Shown: positions 27,354 to 36,391 of the stretch, in pieces | Layout: every line of letters starts with the position of its first letter | Position numbering within the stretch: position 1 is the first letter of the stretch | Assembly (NCBI GenBank): GCA_965219685.1 | Contig: CBDCOH010000002.1 | Location: 1,792,001 to 1,856,000 of the forward strand | Source of the DNA: Candidatus Spongiisociaceae bacterium | Lineage (GTDB): Bacteria > Actinomycetota > Acidimicrobiia > Spongiisociales > Spongiisociaceae | DNA: 64,000 nt | Direction: 5' to 3' | The notes under the pieces: generated by a model | The model's database searches: none | The model's input: only the letters and a program-made list of their open reading frames with translations | What the model was told of the DNA's origin: nothing | Position numbers and translations under genes: made by a program

Positions 27354-28184
27354 TCAGAACTTCTCGTCGACGAAGGTCTGGTCGGTGATGGGCGGACGGA
27401 CGTAGCCGACCCCGGACTGTCGTTCGGGCAGTTCGATGTCATCCCACGGCACATCCTCGTAGGGGATCTGGTGCAGGAGGTGGGCGATGCAGTTGAGGCG
27501 GGCCCGCTTCTTGACATCGGCGTTCACGACGTACCAGGGCGCCTGCTTGATGTCCGTGTGAGCGAAGAGGATGTCCTTGGCCTTGGAGAACTCCACCCAT
27601 CGGGACCTTCCCTCCACGTCCACCGGGGACAGCTTCCAGCGCTTCACGGGATCGGTGATCCGGGACTGGAAGCGTCGCTCCTGCTCAGCGTCGCTCACCG
27701 AGAACCAGTACTTGATCAGGATGATGCCGGACCGTATCAGCATCCGTTCGAACTCGGGACAGGAACGCAGGAACTCGCGGTACTCCTCCTGGGTGCAGAA
27801 GCCCATCACCGGCTCCACGACACCGCGGTTGTACCAGCTGCGGTCGAACAGGACCATCTCACCCGCCGCGGGTAACTCGGCCACATACCGCTGGAACCAC
27901 CATTGGGTCTTCTCCCGGTCACTGGGCGTACCCAGCGCCACAACCCGCACGACGCGGGGGTTCAGGCGTTCGGTGATCCGCTTGATGACACCACCCTTGC
28001 CCGCTGCGTCGCGACCCTCGAAGATGACGACAACCTTCAGGCCCTTGTGCTTGATCCAGCGCTGCAGGCGCACCAACTCCTCTTGGAGCCGTCCCAACTC
28101 GCGCTCGTAGACCTTCCGTTTCAGTTTGGGTCGATCTTGGGGCGGCGCATCCAGTTCGAGCGCCTCTAGGAAATCCACACTCAT
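27354..28184 (-). CDS. ppk2: Polyphosphate kinase 2
   Basis: FEGRDAAGKGG, FDRSWYNR, KYWFSVS, WKLSP.D and KKRARLNCI. Confidence 0.95.
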   Translation of the reverse strand: MSVDFLEALELDAPPQDRPKLKRKVYERELGRLQEELVRLQRWIKHKGLKVVVIFEGRDAAGKGGVIKRITERLNPRVVRVVALGTPSDREKTQWWFQRYVAELPAAGEMVLFDRSWYNRGVVEPVMGFCTQEEYREFLRSCPEFERMLIRSGIILIKYWFSVSDAEQERRFQSRITDPVKRWKLSPVDVEGRSRWVEFSKAKDILFAHTDIKQAPWYVVNADVKKRARLNCIAHLLHQIPYEDVPWDDIELPERQSGVGYVRPPITDQTFVDEKF

Positions 28185-28217
28185 GCGGTAAGGATAACGA
28201 AGGCTCGCAGTCCGCGA

Positions 28218-29237
28218 CTAGGAGAGAGCGGTCAATACCGCGGGAACAGCCTGTTCGAGCACTCCCTCTCCGTAACCGCCTTCCTGGACCACCACCGTCG
28301 GCAAACCGGTCCGCAAGCTCCGCCCCAAGCGCGGGTAGTCATCAGCTCCCAGGCACAGCACCCCGTCCGTTTCATGGGTGTCGACTCCCAGAGCGACCAC
28401 GACCGCTTCGGCCCCGAACGCGGCGACCGCATGCAGGGCGGTATCAAGAGCCGGTTCGTACCGGGCCCATGTGGACCCGCTCGGGAGCGGCAAGTTGAGG
28501 TTGGCGCCATCACCTTCGCCGGTACCCTTCTCGTCCGGGAACCCGGTGAAGAACGGGAAGTGAACTTCGGGATCGCCGTGGATGGAAACGGTCAGCACGT
28601 CGCCCCGGTCCCAGAAGACCGCCTGGGTGCCGTTGCCGTGGTGAGTGTCGACATCGACAACGGCCACCTTCACTCCCCGGACCGCCAGCCAAGCCGCCGC
28701 CAGAGCGGTGTTGTTCAGGTAGCAGTATCCGCCGAAGGTCGACCGAGCGGCGTGGTGGCCGGGCGGTCGGCTCAGCGCGTAGGCGATCCGCTCCCCGCCG
28801 AGGACTGCCCGTGATGCGCCTATCGCACATGCCGCCGAGGACAGTGCCGCCTGCCACGTACCTTGCAGGATGGGATCGACGTCGTTCGAGTAGACGCCGA
28901 GCTGGGCGTCGACGTGGGTGGGCCGCCTCCAGGGTGTCCCCGGTAGGGGGCGGATGTAGGCCACGGCTTCCCCGCTCCCGGGGGCGCCGGTCTCCTCCCG
29001 CCAGCGCGAGTGGGCCGTGCGGAGGAAGTCCAGGTACTTGCGGTCGTGTACGAGGAGCAGGTCGGCCGGATCGATGTCCTCGGGTCGCCTCACGTCGAAC
29101 CCGCCGACGGCTGACAGGGCGGCCAGGATCCGGTCGGCGCGGGCAGCCGTCTCCGCAGGCGGCAGGAGCACCCCGCCGAACCGGTGCGGTTCCGACGGGT
29201 CATGGAGCCGGGTGTCGGGATCGAAGTAGACGATCAT
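28218..29237 (-). CDS. Histone deacetylase family / acetylpolyamine amidohydrolase
   Basis: RPPGHHA, GGYCYLNN, DVDTHHGNGTQ and QEGGY. Likely start is ATG 29237; the longer ORF extension runs antisense into the ABC gene. Confidence 0.9.
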   Translation of the reverse strand: MIVYFDPDTRLHDPSEPHRFGGVLLPPAETAARADRILAALSAVGGFDVRRPEDIDPADLLLVHDRKYLDFLRTAHSRWREETGAPGSGEAVAYIRPLPGTPWRRPTHVDAQLGVYSNDVDPILQGTWQAALSSAACAIGASRAVLGGERIAYALSRPPGHHAARSTFGGYCYLNNTALAAAWLAVRGVKVAVVDVDTHHGNGTQAVFWDRGDVLTVSIHGDPEVHFPFFTGFPDEKGTGEGDGANLNLPLPSGSTWARYEPALDTALHAVAAFGAEAVVVALGVDTHETDGVLCLGADDYPRLGRSLRTGLPTVVVQEGGYGEGVLEQAVPAVLTALS

Positions 29238-29289
29238 GCGATCCGTGTTGCAGGAGTTCGCCACTGTGTGGCCGGATGATAGGCGCCAT

Positions 29290-29320
29290 TGGTAGAGTGC
29301 TGATAGCAACAAGACACAGA
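29290..29320 (+). promoter_or_regulatory. Extended -10 box plus candidate operator of the ABC-nitrilase-amidohydrolase operon
   Basis: TGGTAGAGT followed by TGATAGCAACA-AGACACAGA; the same layout occurs at 54385-54414 on the - strand. Confidence 0.5.
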
Positions 29321-29364
29321 TACCCGCGACGGCATGCCTGGAGGCAGAAAGGATCCGTTCCGAA

Positions 29365-30093
29365 TTGGAACCTGTCATCTCCTTCACTGACGTGACCAAG
29401 TACTTCGGAACCACCCACGCCTTGGACCCCGTCGACCTCTCCATCCGTAAGGGCGAGTTCGTATCGCTGGTGGGCCCTTCGGGCTGCGGCAAGTCCACGG
29501 TGCTCCGCCTCGGATCGGGTCTGATCCAACCGACGTCGGGAACCATCGCCCGCTCGTCGGACAACATCGGATACATATTCCAGGAGCCCACGCTCATGCC
29601 ATGGCGGACCGTCGAGCAAAACGTGCGCTTCCTGGGAGAGTTGGACGGCATGAGCCGCGAGGAGAGCAACCGCCGCACGGCGGAGGTCCTCGCCCTCGTC
29701 GGTCTGGAGGAGTTCCGGAAACATTATCCCCTGGCGCTGTCAGGCGGGATGATGATGCGGACCAGCATCGCCCGATCCCTGCTGCTCGACCCGGAGTTGT
29801 TCCTGTTCGACGAGCCTTTCGGGGCACTCGACCAGATAAGCCGGGCACGGCTGAACGCGGAACTCACGGGGTTGTTCGCCGACAGGCGTTTCGCAGCCCT
29901 GTTCGTCACCCACTCTGTCGACGAGGCGGTGTTCCTCGCATCCCGACTCCTGGTGATGAGCAAGCGGCCGGGACGGATCGTCGCCCAATTCGAGATCCCG
30001 TACAGCTTCCCTCGAAACCCGTCGATCAAGTACGAGCCCGAGTTCGCCGTGCTGGCAGGCCAGGTGGCGGCGGCCCTGGCTGAGGCCTCATGA
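29365..30093 (+). CDS. ABC transporter ATP-binding protein
   Basis: GPSGCGKST, LSGGM, DEPFGALD and VTH. Confidence 0.92.
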   Translation: MEPVISFTDVTKYFGTTHALDPVDLSIRKGEFVSLVGPSGCGKSTVLRLGSGLIQPTSGTIARSSDNIGYIFQEPTLMPWRTVEQNVRFLGELDGMSREESNRRTAEVLALVGLEEFRKHYPLALSGGMMMRTSIARSLLLDPELFLFDEPFGALDQISRARLNAELTGLFADRRFAALFVTHSVDEAVFLASRLLVMSKRPGRIVAQFEIPYSFPRNPSIKYEPEFAVLAGQVAAALAEAS

Positions 30094-30941
30094 GCGACGC
30101 CCCGGTTCCCAACCCGCAGGAAACCGAGGAGTCGGTGGGAAGAGTCAGATCCCTGCTGCGGGTGGCGGTGCCTCCGACGCTCGTGTTCCTGCTGATCGTT
30201 GGCATCTGGTACGGGATGACCTACTTCGTGCTGGAGCCCGACCGCCGCTTCCTCCTGCCGCCTCCCCACGGACTCGTCCAGGAGGGGATACTCGACCTGG
30301 GGACCCTGGGCGAGATAGCCGGCGGCCTCTACCGGACGACCATGGTTGCTCTCCTGGGCCTCGCCATCGCGTTCGCCCTGGGTTTCTCGATGGCCCTGGT
30401 CATGAGCCAGGCCAAGTGGATAGAGCGATCCCTGTACCCGTGGGCGGTGGTCTGCCAGACCGTTCCGATCCTGGCGATAGTGCCCCTGCTGGGGTTCTGG
30501 TTCGGGTTCGGGCTGATGTCCCGGGTGATCGTGTGCGTGATCATCGCCCTCTTCCCCATCGTGATCAACTCGCTGACCGGCCTGCAATCCGTCGAACCCA
30601 AGCTCCACGACCTTCTCACCCTTCACAAGGCAAACCGCTGGACCCGCGCCTTCAGGCTCCAGGTCCCGGCCGCCCGACCCTTGATCTTCACCGGACTCAG
30701 AACCTCCGCCGGACTGTCGGTGATAGGCGCCATCGTCGGCGACTTCTTCTTCGGTCGTGGCCAGCCCGGCCTCGGAATCCTGCTGGATCGCTACAGCCGC
30801 CGCCTGAAGAGCGAGGAACTGCTCACGGCCGTAATAGCCGCCTGCCTGCTGGGCGTGGTGGTCTTCTGGATCTTCGGCGTGATCGGCAGGCGGGCTGTGG
30901 GCCATTGGGACCCTTCGTGGGCAGACGAACGCCAGAAGTGA
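30090..30941 (+). CDS. ABC transporter permease
   Basis: LPPPH, TVPILAIVPL, LFPI and GAIVGDF. Confidence 0.9.
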   Translation: MSDAPVPNPQETEESVGRVRSLLRVAVPPTLVFLLIVGIWYGMTYFVLEPDRRFLLPPPHGLVQEGILDLGTLGEIAGGLYRTTMVALLGLAIAFALGFSMALVMSQAKWIERSLYPWAVVCQTVPILAIVPLLGFWFGFGLMSRVIVCVIIALFPIVINSLTGLQSVEPKLHDLLTLHKANRWTRAFRLQVPAARPLIFTGLRTSAGLSVIGAIVGDFFFGRGQPGLGILLDRYSRRLKSEELLTAVIAACLLGVVVFWIFGVIGRRAVGHWDPSWADERQK

Positions 30942-30984
30942 TCTGAGAAAGACCTCAAGACGACAAGAAAGAAAGGATCCACCG

Positions 30985-33234
30985 ATGCAAAGACGACGAG
31001 GAAGGCGATTCAGGATCATGATCGCCACGGTGGCGGTCCTCGCCCTGGTTGCGGCGGCATGCGGCGAGGACGAAGAGCCGACTACCACCACGCAGGCGGC
31101 GACCACCACCGCAGCCGCACCCGACACGACCGCCGCCCCGGAGGAGATGCCCGATGATGCGATGATGACGTCGTTGGCGGGTGTGTGTCCTGATCCGTTG
31201 GTGATCCAGCTGGACTGGGAGCCGGAGTCGGAGCATGGCGGTATCTACCAGTTGGTGGGTGACGGTTACGAGATCGACACTGACGCCAAGAGCGTGCGCG
31301 GTCCGCTGGTGGCCGGCGGCGACGACACCGGTATCGACATCGAGGTCCGCATCGGCGGGTTCGCGGTCGGGTTCCAGCCGGTGCAGTCGCTCATGTACCA
31401 GGACCAGGACATCTTCATGGGCTTCGTCCGGGCCACAGAGGCCATGGCGAGCTATGCGGATGTTCCGATCGTGAGCGTGATGGCCACCTTCGAGAAGAGC
31501 GCCTTCGCCATCTACTGGGATCCGGAGACCTATCCCAACGTGCATCAGATCGCCGATCTCCGAGACGAGGGAGCGACGATCCTGCTGGGACGGCCCGATG
31601 TGTTCCAGGACTGGTGGCTGGCTGAGGGGATCATGGACGAGTCCCAGATGGACCTGACAGACCAGCCCAAGCCGGCCGCGTTCGTCGGCCAGGGCGGCGC
31701 GGTCGCCGAGGCGGGCTTCGCGACTGCCGAGCCTTACATCTACGAGGCGGAGGTTCCCGAGTGGGGCAAGCCGGTCAGGACCCAGTTGATCCACGACACC
31801 GGGTTCGAGGAGTACTTCCAGGCCGTCGGTGTCCGGGCGGCTGACGCGGTGGACTTCGCGGACTGCCTCACAGAAGTGGTCCCGATGATCCAGCAGGCCC
31901 ATGTGGACTTCCTCAACAACCCGGACCCGACCAACCAGTTGATCCTGGAGTTGGTGGACGCCTATGACACCGGCTGGATCTACACCCAGGGCGTGGCCGA
32001 CTTCGCGGTGTCCACGATGCTGGAACTCGGCATCATGGGCAACGGCGACAACAACACCTTGGGCGACTTCGACATGGACCGGGTCGTCGGTCTGTTGGAG
32101 ATCATCGCCCAGGTCACCGACGCCGACGTCAGCGGGCTAGCACCCGAAGACCTAGTAACCAACGAGTTCATCGACTTCTCCATCGGGCTACCCGAATCGG
32201 CGATGATGACGTCGTTGGCGGGTGTGTGTCCTGATCCGTTGGTGATCCAGCTGGACTGGGAGCCGGAGTCGGAGCATGGCGGTATCTACCAGTTGGTGGG
32301 TGACGGTTACGAGATCGACACTGACGCCAAGAGCGTGCGCGGTCCGCTGGTGGCCGGCGGCGACGACACCGGTATCGACATCGAGGTCCGCATCGGCGGG
32401 TTCGCGGTCGGGTTCCAGCCGGTGCAGTCGCTCATGTACCAGGACCAGGACATCTTCATGGGCTTCGTCCGGGCCACAGAGGCCATGGCGAGCTATGCGG
32501 ATGTTCCGATCGTGAGCGTGATGGCCACCTTCGAGAAGAGCGCCTTCGCCATCTACTGGGATCCGGAGACCTATCCCAACGTGCATCAGATCGCCGATCT
32601 CCGAGACGAGGGAGCGACGATCCTGCTGGGACGGCCCGATGTGTTCCAGGACTGGTGGCTGGCTGAGGGGATCATGGACGAGTCCCAGATGGACCTGACA
32701 GACCAGCCCAAGCCGGCCGCGTTCGTCGGCCAGGGCGGCGCGGTCGCCGAGGCGGGCTTCGCGACTGCCGAGCCTTACATCTACGAGGCGGAGGTTCCCG
32801 AGTGGGGCAAGCCGGTCAGGACCCAGTTGATCCACGACACCGGGTTCGAGGAGTACTTCCAGGCCGTCGGTGTCCGGGCGGCTGACGCGGTGGACTTCGC
32901 GGACTGCCTCACAGAAGTGGTCCCGATGATCCAGCAGGCCCATGTGGACTTCCTCAACAACCCGGACCCGACCAACCAGTTGATCCTGGAGTTGGTGGAC
33001 GCCTATGACACCGGCTGGATCTACACCCAGGGCGTGGCCGACTTCGCGGTGTCCACGATGCTGGAACTCGGCATCATGGGCAACGGCGACAACAACACCT
33101 TGGGCGACTTCGACATGGACCGGGTCGTCGGTCTGTTGGAGATCATCGCCCAGGTCACCGACGCCGACGTCAGCGGGCTAGCACCCGAAGACCTAGTAAC
33201 CAACGAGTTCATCGACTTCTCCATCGGGCTGTAG
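30985..33234 (+). CDS. ABC substrate-binding lipoprotein with two identical NMT1/SsuA-like modules
   Basis: Lipobox VAAAC and a Thr/Ala linker, then the module CPDPLVIQLDWEPESEHG...FIDFSIGL twice. Confidence 0.85.
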   Translation: MQRRRGRRFRIMIATVAVLALVAAACGEDEEPTTTTQAATTTAAAPDTTAAPEEMPDDAMMTSLAGVCPDPLVIQLDWEPESEHGGIYQLVGDGYEIDTDAKSVRGPLVAGGDDTGIDIEVRIGGFAVGFQPVQSLMYQDQDIFMGFVRATEAMASYADVPIVSVMATFEKSAFAIYWDPETYPNVHQIADLRDEGATILLGRPDVFQDWWLAEGIMDESQMDLTDQPKPAAFVGQGGAVAEAGFATAEPYIYEAEVPEWGKPVRTQLIHDTGFEEYFQAVGVRAADAVDFADCLTEVVPMIQQAHVDFLNNPDPTNQLILELVDAYDTGWIYTQGVADFAVSTMLELGIMGNGDNNTLGDFDMDRVVGLLEIIAQVTDADVSGLAPEDLVTNEFIDFSIGLPESAMMTSLAGVCPDPLVIQLDWEPESEHGGIYQLVGDGYEIDTDAKSVRGPLVAGGDDTGIDIEVRIGGFAVGFQPVQSLMYQDQDIFMGFVRATEAMASYADVPIVSVMATFEKSAFAIYWDPETYPNVHQIADLRDEGATILLGRPDVFQDWWLAEGIMDESQMDLTDQPKPAAFVGQGGAVAEAGFATAEPYIYEAEVPEWGKPVRTQLIHDTGFEEYFQAVGVRAADAVDFADCLTEVVPMIQQAHVDFLNNPDPTNQLILELVDAYDTGWIYTQGVADFAVSTMLELGIMGNGDNNTLGDFDMDRVVGLLEIIAQVTDADVSGLAPEDLVTNEFIDFSIGL
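31159..33230 (+). repeat. Intragenic direct repeat: 31159-32189 and 32200-33230 (1031 bp each)
   Basis: Line-by-line comparison by eye found no mismatch; offset 1041 bp; 10-bp unique junction ACCCGAATCG. Confidence 0.95.
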
Positions 33235-33238
33235 TCCG

Positions 33239-34105
33239 ATGGCGTCAGGAACCCTCCGCCTCGCCGTAGCGCAGCCACGGACGGTGGTGGAGCCTGACGC
33301 GGAGGTGAACGTTGCCCGGGCGGTCGAACTGGCCGCCCGGGCATCCACCCTGGGGGCGGACCTGATCCTGTTCCCCGAGGGATACCCCGGACCGGTCCTT
33401 GCCAAACCGAAGGACGACTACGAGGCGGGTCCGGCGATGGAGGCCGCGGCAGGGGAGCACGGCATAGGGATCTGCTGGAGCAGGATGGAGCTCTGTCGCG
33501 ACGGGAACCGCCGACTAGTGGTGTATGTCGTGGACAACCACGGTCGTCAGCTCATCCGCTACGAGCGGGCCCATCCCGCCACGCTGCCGCCCGACGAAAC
33601 CAGGGTCTGGGTCGCGCCGGGCGAGTCCTTGGCGTTCCTCGACCTCGATGGGGTAGGAGTTGGGATCGTGGTGTGCTCGGAGCTGTGGATCCCCGAACCG
33701 ACCCGGGTCCTCGCCCTGCAGGGCGCCGAGATCATCCTGTCACCGGCAGGCGGCGGTTTCACCTCGCTCACCGAGAACTGGCAGACGATCGTGCGGGCCA
33801 GGGCGATGGAGAACCTGTGCTACGTGGCGATGACCAACAACATCTGGCGGGACGAGGTGGGCGCGGCGATGATCGCCGGACCCGAGTACGTGGCGGTGAG
33901 TTCGGGGACCGAGGAGTTGTTGCTGGCGACCCTCGACCTCGACCGCGTCGAGTGGCTCAGGTCGAACGACGACTCGATGGTCGAGCCCAAGGGCTTCTCG
34001 TCCATCCCCGGCCTGCTCAGGGCCCGACGGCCGGAGCTGTACGAGGAGCTGGTCAAGCCGGGTACTGACCTCTACGACTTCCACACCCCTCCCCCGCAAC
34101 GGTGA
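33239..34105 (+). CDS. Nitrilase/carbon-nitrogen hydrolase family protein
   Basis: LFPEG (Glu), YERAH (Arg at the Lys position), VVCSE (Cys) and RARAMEN. Confidence 0.85.
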   Translation: MASGTLRLAVAQPRTVVEPDAEVNVARAVELAARASTLGADLILFPEGYPGPVLAKPKDDYEAGPAMEAAAGEHGIGICWSRMELCRDGNRRLVVYVVDNHGRQLIRYERAHPATLPPDETRVWVAPGESLAFLDLDGVGVGIVVCSELWIPEPTRVLALQGAEIILSPAGGGFTSLTENWQTIVRARAMENLCYVAMTNNIWRDEVGAAMIAGPEYVAVSSGTEELLLATLDLDRVEWLRSNDDSMVEPKGFSSIPGLLRARRPELYEELVKPGTDLYDFHTPPPQR

Positions 34106-35454
34106 AGGACCGCGGGATCCTGGTCCGAGGGGGATACGTCCTCACCTCTTCAACTCCGGAGATGATCGAGAACGGCGCGGTACGGGTCGTCGGCGAGTTG
34201 ATCGACGCGGTCGGGCCGTGGTCCGACCTGCGGGCTCGGCATCCCGACGACGAGGTCCACGGGGACCGCCACTCCATCATCACACCGGGATTCGTCAACA
34301 CCCACGGGCACTTCTCGGAGGCGTTGTTCACCGGAATCGCCGAGGACTACACCCTGGTGGAGTGGATCGAGGCGGTGATCAACCCCACCGCGCCCAATCA
34401 CGACTACGAGATGGCCTACGTGGGCACGCTCCTAGCCGGCATCCAGATGCTCCAGACCGGGATAACAGTCGCCAGCGACATGTACGTCTGCGACCCGGCA
34501 GACCGGCCCGTCACTCCCGGCGTGGTCCGGGCACTGGACGAGTTGGGCATGCGTGGGGTGGTCACATTCGGCGCTGCGGACCGTAGGGGCGCCCCGGTCC
34601 CCGCCATCCTCGAAGAGCATGCCGCCCTGCGGGAAGCGTGCGAGGCCAGCCGCCTGTCCAGTTTCCGGGTCGGGATCGCCCTCCTGGGTGCTCAGTCCGA
34701 GGCCCTGTTCGAGCAGTCCGTGAGGCTGGCGGCCGACCATGGAAGCCATATCCATCTCCACGAGGTCCGGGAGGAAGTCACCGCGATCCGAGCTGCGACC
34801 GGACGGACCCCGATCGAGCAGTGCGCCCGTCTGGGACTGTTCAAGGGGCCGACCATCGCCGCCCATTGCGTTTGGGTCGACGAGAACGACCGCGACATAC
34901 TGGCGGAGCATCAGGTGGGGGTCGCACACAACCCGGTCTCCAACATGATCCTCGCCTCCGGGGTCTGCCCGGTGCCGGCCCTGAGGCGCCTCGGTGTAGC
35001 CGTCGGCATCGGGGTCGACGGCCCCGCAAGCAACGACCGCCAGGACATGCTGGAGGCGATCAAGCTGGCCGTGTTACTGCAGAGGGTCGACCGGCTCCAA
35101 GCGACCGCCCTGTCCGCTCGGGACGCACTGGAGATGGCCACCCTCGAAGGTGCCCGTTCCCTGCGCCTCGACGACGAACTCGGCTCGATAGAACCCGGCA
35201 AGCAGGCCGACCTCGTGGTATTCGACGGCTCGTCCCCGGCGCTTGCCAACGTCCACGACCCATTCCAGAAAGTCGTCTACTGCGCCGGCCCCCGGGAGGT
35301 GTCCGACGTGTGGGTGGCCGGGCAGAGATCGGTGGTAAGTGGGGCAGTCACCCGGGTCGATGTGACTGACGTAGTGGAGCGATCACGTCCCCTCGCCCGG
35401 AAGCTGGCCCGACGAGCGGGAATCGGCGAGCATTCACTGCTGGCTCGGTCCTGA
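34102..35454 (+). CDS. Amidohydrolase, AtzA/TrzA/SAH-deaminase-like heterocycle deaminase
   Basis: PGFVNTHGH, HIHLHE, AHCVW, HNPVSNMILASG and DGPASN. Confidence 0.88.
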   Translation: MKDRGILVRGGYVLTSSTPEMIENGAVRVVGELIDAVGPWSDLRARHPDDEVHGDRHSIITPGFVNTHGHFSEALFTGIAEDYTLVEWIEAVINPTAPNHDYEMAYVGTLLAGIQMLQTGITVASDMYVCDPADRPVTPGVVRALDELGMRGVVTFGAADRRGAPVPAILEEHAALREACEASRLSSFRVGIALLGAQSEALFEQSVRLAADHGSHIHLHEVREEVTAIRAATGRTPIEQCARLGLFKGPTIAAHCVWVDENDRDILAEHQVGVAHNPVSNMILASGVCPVPALRRLGVAVGIGVDGPASNDRQDMLEAIKLAVLLQRVDRLQATALSARDALEMATLEGARSLRLDDELGSIEPGKQADLVVFDGSSPALANVHDPFQKVVYCAGPREVSDVWVAGQRSVVSGAVTRVDVTDVVERSRPLARKLARRAGIGEHSLLARS

Positions 35455-35552
35455 GCCGGCAGCCGAGCGGACCCGCTCGATCGATACACCCTTGCTCCTT
35501 CCTCATGGTGAAGCCTCCGACCATCCATGGAGAATATCGACTGATGCCGTTG

Positions 35553-35581
35553 TTGAACAAGACTGAACTTAGTTGTACACT
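35553..35581 (+). promoter_or_regulatory. Sigma-A-type promoter of the TA operon, probably giving a leaderless mRNA
   Basis: TTGAAC (35553-35558), 17-bp spacer, TACACT (35576-35581); ATG 7 nt downstream at 35589. Confidence 0.65.
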
Positions 35582-35588
35582 TAGCGTT

Positions 35589-35879
35589 ATGTGTTCGACG
35601 CCAGATGCCCTGCCGGATGTGAAGAGCATCCCGATCAGCGAGTTCCGCCAGAAGTGCCTCGCCCTTCTCCCGGCGATAGCCGAGAGAGGGGGGGAAATCA
35701 TCGTCACCCGGCGCGGTAAACCCTTGGCAGTCGTCTCTCCGATCCGCCAGAGCGGGCCCGACACCCTCTATGGCCGCTACTCCGACGGGGACATCGTCTA
35801 TCCCGACCCCACCGCGCCCCATTACTCGGACGAAGAGTGGGATGAGATCGTCGATACCTGGGACGCGAATACCGGCTAG
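35589..35879 (+). CDS. Phd/YefM-family antitoxin
   Basis: IPISEFRQKCLALL..IAERGGEIIVTRRGKPLAVVSP; lies directly upstream of a PIN-domain toxin. Confidence 0.85.
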   Translation: MCSTPDALPDVKSIPISEFRQKCLALLPAIAERGGEIIVTRRGKPLAVVSPIRQSGPDTLYGRYSDGDIVYPDPTAPHYSDEEWDEIVDTWDANTG

Positions 35880-35909
35880 AAGCAGGCGTTCAATGCTGGG
35901 AGCTATTCG

Positions 35910-36347
35910 ATGAAGCGGTCGGTCGTGCTCGATACGCACATCCTCATCGCTTACTTACGGGGAACTCTAGGCCGACCCGGCAAGCCCAGCTCGCTACGCC
36001 GTGTTCTGAGAGATGCATCAGCAGACCGGGGTTTGCTCGTGTCGGCGGCTACTTTCTGGGAAATCGAGTTGATCCGCCGCCACCCCAGAAATGACCTGCG
36101 GGTGCTCCCAGCCACCGACTCTCTCATCTGGTTGTTGAGATCCAAGGGTGTCGCAACGGCCCCGATCACACCCGAACTGGCCGTTCAAGCTATCCGCCTG
36201 CTTGACGAGGGATTCCATAGAGACCCGATGGACCAGTTCATCACGGCTACCGCCATCGAGGAGGGGAGCATCCTGGCCACGCGTGACCAGGCCATCAGGA
36301 CATGGGCCCAAGAACACGGCAAGCCCGATCTGGCCCCGATGGATTGA
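35910..36347 (+). CDS. vapC: VapC-family PIN-domain toxin
   Basis: VLDTHILI, SAATFWEI, HRDPMDQFITATA and LATRD. Confidence 0.88.
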   Translation: MKRSVVLDTHILIAYLRGTLGRPGKPSSLRRVLRDASADRGLLVSAATFWEIELIRRHPRNDLRVLPATDSLIWLLRSKGVATAPITPELAVQAIRLLDEGFHRDPMDQFITATAIEEGSILATRDQAIRTWAQEHGKPDLAPMD

Positions 36348-36391
36348 CAGGAGGTCGTAGGGCGAGGTCCCCATGAACCCGCCCGACATAC

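Noticed and set aside
29238-29678. N-terminal extensions of tracked ORFs (deacetylase, also methyltransferase to 43998, aminotransferase to 48099, aldolase to 48842, GntR to 42910)
   Set aside because: The extensions overlap neighbouring genes; internal starts give clean 4-nt overlaps or family-typical N-termini, so these are not fusions.
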